DNA from: Felis catus
Lineage: Eukaryota
Direction of reading: 5' to 3'
DNA length: 64,000 bases
Assembly: GCF_018350175.1 (NCBI RefSeq)
Contig: NC_058368.1
Location: 2,976,001 to 3,040,000, forward strand
Part shown: positions 60,173 through 64,000 of the stretch, piece by piece
Layout of the letters: every line of letters starts with the position of its first letter
Numbering within the stretch: the first letter of the stretch is position 1
The notes under the pieces: model-generated
Told to the model about the DNA's origin: nothing
What the model saw: only the letters and a program-made list of their open reading frames with translations
Database searches by the model: none
Made by a program: the position numbers and the translations under genes

Positions 60173-61299
60173 AGTTACAGTCCCCCGAGAGGTCAGGATG
60201 CGTTCAGGGTGACGTCTGAAGGCGGGCTCTCTCAGGCTGCGCTGCCTGCATCCGAGGCCCTCCGACCTCCTCTGTGCTCCGGGGTCTTTCAGTCTGGGAA
60301 CTGACGGACCAGCTGATGTCTCCTAGATGACGGCCAAGCATAAAGGCGGCCTGAGAGCAGGGCTATTTCGTGTGACGGGTGGAAAGACTCACCTCAAGCC
60401 GGTGCCCCTCCCCAGGCTTCCCCGGTCTCCCCATTTTGGTGATCTGGGGTGGCAAGGGCAAGTCTGGGCTAATTTCAGCTCAGCTGTGAAATGCGAGTTG
60501 AGGACAGAATCGAAGCTTATGATGACGGACCGCACTTCGCACTTCTGAACGCTTTGTAGCTTTTGGAAATGAAACAGCGAAGAGGCTCTTCTGATTGTCA
60601 GAACGCCAAGGGGCCATGCCGGTATCTGGACGATGTGGTCAGCGCCAAACCCTTGGGAAAACAGTCACGGCTCAAATACTAGAAGACAATTAGTGGTTTC
60701 AAAATACCAGATTCCAGCTCCTACGCGGCGGGAGCCTTGTGCTGTGCCTGGTACGCGCGGATCGCTCGACAGTTTCGGAATGAACTGGGCGGGTGGATGG
60801 GAGGGGAGGAAGACGAAGCTGGCATGAAAGAAAGGACTGTAGAAAAAAGAGTCAGATCGTGACTCTCACACAAACATAAAACCAACCCGTGGCGACGTTG
60901 TACTTAATATACTGACTAATGAAGGAGGCAGTACGATGTTGCGACCGGTTCGGAAGAGACCTCAAAAGCCACGCGTTTGTAGCCGACTGGGAACGCGGAA
61001 GCGAACGTCCTGATGGACAGAAACTGGCCAAAGTGGCCCGGAGGGCGGCGATCATTTGTCCTTCCACGGGACACAGTACACCTTTCCACGCAGAAGTAGT
61101 TGCCTAGCTGTCACTTTTCCTACAAAAGAACTTGTGTCTCCACAGAGCTGCGAAATAGCCTCGTCTCCGGACGACACACGTGTGCGTCCCGTGGCATCAA
61201 ACGACCCTTGTGGTCGCGACGCTCACTTGAAGGCTACCAACGGTCCCCCGGGCTCACTTCAAATTCCCTCCCCAGAGCAGCCAACGTTCGTGGCCTCTA

Positions 61300-61520
61300 C
61301 GTGAGGACACCGTTGTGGGTTAGAGGCTTTGCGCAATACCGAGTCGCGGCTTCGGGACGGCTGTGCGACGCAGGCCCTTTCAGCAACCCCATTTTACGGT
61401 GGAAGAAGCGGAGACAAAGCAAGAGACGGGCCCAAAGTTACAGAGCAAGTAAGGAAGGGGCCAGGACTTGGACCCGGCTGTCCCATGCCACCGCCACGGC
61501 CCCGGGCTCTTCCCGAGAGG
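61300..61520 (-). mobile_element. MIR fragment, GC/CpG-enriched
   Basis: ccccattttacggtggaagaagcggagacaaag...gcccaaagttacagagcaagtaaggaaggggccaggacttggacccgg. Confidence 0.75.
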
Positions 61521-63234
61521 GCAGACCTGCCCGAGGCTGGATGTGGTCCAGGGGATGAGCCAGCCTCTTGAATTCACGCGGCCCAGCGTGTGGGGGTGAG
61601 GACATGAGTGCACCCGAGGCTCTCCCGCATTCTCTGTGGACCTTTGGTGCAGAAACGAGTGCATCGCGGTGCATGGCGTCCCTTTGCTCACTCGCTCATC
61701 AAACGGGCAACCGCACGGCCATTTCTTCTCCGGGTGATTTGCGCGTCCATAGACTTCGCATGCCCTTCGCGGTAACCGCGGCGAAAGAGCTTCACAGCAG
61801 GGTGAGTGGCATCGAGGAACTGCAGCCAGCTAACGGTCTATCACAAATTCAAGGAGCCAGGGAGTTTGAGTCAAGGGCGGGCCAGCTATGTTCGCTTCGG
61901 GACATAGCCTGCCACATGCTCCGGGCTCCTTCGGTGAGAAAGGCCCCGGACGAGGCCGCCTGCGAGCACTGCTCCCGCACGAGGGCAGGTGCTTGGCATC
62001 TCCCCGCCACCCCCCCCCCCAGGTGCCACCTGGACTCTTCATGCCCAGGGGACCAGGCCCAGTTTTGCAAGTGGAGTGTGGCCTCTGTCCTGTTCATTTT
62101 CTGCCTTGGTTTTACTGCTTCGTATTAAAAAAGACAGTCCAGGAAATATTTAGTGCAGTCATAGAGCTGTGCCCCAGGAACCATAAAACTCCCCCAGCCT
62201 TGGCCTCCTGCTCTCTCGCATCGGCCCCCCCTCCCCCCGCCGAAACCAGAGAGATCGTTCCCGGGGTGGCACCTGTGCGGCCGTGCCGTGGATGTGCACG
62301 CTAACTGCCAGGGTTCAAGGACCAGCAAAACCAAGGAAAGTTCTCTGCGGGTCACCTTCTGCCCTGAGCTGGGCCAGCTGAGGCCACGCTTGCGCCCCTG
62401 AAAGAGAAAGCAGGGAACGTTCTCCCTCATTCTTTGCTTTAGGCAACGCCCACAGTAAAGACAGCACATCGCCCATAATTCGGGACAAGTGTGGCTTTGG
62501 GGGGAGCTGGGGGTTTTCTGTTTGTCTTCGCTTTTAATGAGCGTTGGCCCTTAAACGCGTAAGTCTAGTCTGAGTGGTAGCCGAAGTTCTACGCAAGACT
62601 TCGTGGAGGAAAACGAGACGAAGCAGTGTAAATGTAATCAGAAGACTGAAGTCCATCTCACTTGTTTTTAGTTGCTGGGTCTCTGAAAATTGCCTTCGGG
62701 GAGATTTGGTCAGGGAAAGGCGATGGGTCACGTCTTGTCCGCCAGGGACAATGTCGGAAAGGAAGGCCCACGGGGGCAGGGATGGGCTGGTGACGGTGGA
62801 TTTGTTGATCGATGGGTGCCGTGCTGACCACGGGCGTCTCCTCCCTGCTCTCTGTCACTGGTAGTTTGAAACTGGCCACGGTGCGGATCTGGACGTCGCG
62901 ATACGAGGCAAACGCTATGCACGGGGGCTTCCCCCCACCCTGCCGGAGGGTCCCTGTTGCCCCACGTTCACCAGCACACCTGTTCACCTACCCCACGTAC
63001 CTGGAACGGTGCTCGCCCGCACCTGGCCGGCAGTAAATGCTTGTCGAGGGAGTCAAGGAAGAAAACGTCACTCCAGGAAAACAAATAATATCCTCAAGGT
63101 ATCTAAACCCAGGATGTTACCTTGAAGTTCCTTAACCGTATGACCAGATTTCCCTTATCGTTTCCCAGGCTGTATTTTAGCTGCTTTTTCTCCTCTGCTT
63201 CTTTTGGGCTCCATACAGAGTCTCTTCCGCAAGG

Positions 63235-63385
63235 TGGGGATTCTTCTCATTCCGCAGAGAGGACGGGGAGATGCAGCGTGCTCCGCGTGAAGTGCCACAC
63301 GCCCCGTGAAGGTCACAGCGCCACGAAGGGGCGGAGCTCACCTTTAGACCCAGGTCTGGTTGACTCCAAAGCTGCTGCTTGGCCA
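63235..63385 (-). mobile_element. MIR fragment, GC/CpG-enriched
   Basis: tgaaggtcacagcgccacgaaggggcggagct...tttagacccaggtctggttgactccaaagc. Confidence 0.7.
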
Positions 63386-64000
63386 CGCGATGCAAATGCC
63401 CCCGTGGGAACGTGTGGTACGGGGCACGGCCAAAAGCGCCCGGCCCGGTCCCGCACGAGCGTCCCGACCGCTCCCCTGCCCTCCCTCAGCTGTGATGTCA
63501 CTTCAAGCGCAGAACCGACCGATCTCCAGCTCTACCCATCTTGCCTATTCCCGGGCGAGAGCTGTGAGAACAGACGCGTCACTGGGCCCCGACAGCAGTC
63601 AACGCGCTTGGGACCCAGGGCAGTAAAACGCAGCCCCCAGACTGCCTTGAACAGTGGGTGACGAGGGCATTGGCTGAGCAGAAGGGGCGCAGCGCTGCAA
63701 AACAGCCACGATATTCGGTCTGAAGCGTGAAGATGGCTGTCTCGGAAGGTGGATATTCACCTGGTGGGGGGCTTCGGCATCCTCCGGAGTCGCCCCTTTG
63801 GTCTCAGGTTTCGGGATGTCTGCTGCGCCCCTGTCACTTGGTGGCGGGGGCCTAGGAGGACGGATGACAGGGGCTGGTCTCAGCTCCCGGGGCATCTCTA
63901 GTGAAAAGGCTGAGATCGCAAGCCGCTTAAGCTCACCTGCCATCAGCCCATAGCTGGTCCTGCAGGGATGAGGGGGCGACCGTGTGCTCATCTCTCTCTC

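Larger units (their letters stand above)
60600..64000. other. GC- and CpG-rich domain (CpG-island-like composition)
   Basis: Hand count: 7 CpG in 61141-61200 and 6 in 61201-61260, versus sparse CpG in the left third of the window. Confidence 0.75.

Noticed and set aside
61100..63991. Several 130-186 aa ORFs on both strands
   Set aside because: Expected from high GC; they overlap MIR/L2 fossils, occur in many frames and show no known domain
1..64000. Known miRNA, snoRNA, endogenous non-retroviral viral element or host gene exon
   Set aside because: None recognised by eye or in the ORF track; Rfam/miRBase and BLASTx searches would be needed to exclude them

Overview
Mammalian, almost certainly felid (cat-like), non-coding genomic DNA. 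The assignment rests on about 25 tRNA-derived CAN-SINEs with the feline-type body, (CT)n linker and AATAAA tail, plus carnivore-type L1 3' ends. I recognise no protein-coding host exon, RNA gene or CRISPR array. Roughly half of the window is layered transposon fossils. These are a dead, near full-length L1 lacking half of ORF1 (1-5020), older L1M fragments, L2, MIR, CR1/L3, a Tigger5/MER47-type and a Charlie4-type DNA transposon, and MLT2, MER21-like and MER34-like LTRs. Repeat family names are from recalled consensus similarity, not a database search. The window runs from AT-rich on the left to GC/CpG-rich in the last ~4 kb, where even ancient MIR/L2 fossils are CpG-rich. The most notable observations are a SINE dimer inside one TSD pair, a nested inverted SINE pair, a 133-codon open frame in an L2 fossil, readable CR1 RT motifs, candidate non-coding exons/recursive splice sites, and enhancer/CTCF-like motifs. 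I found no evidence for a new multi-gene system.
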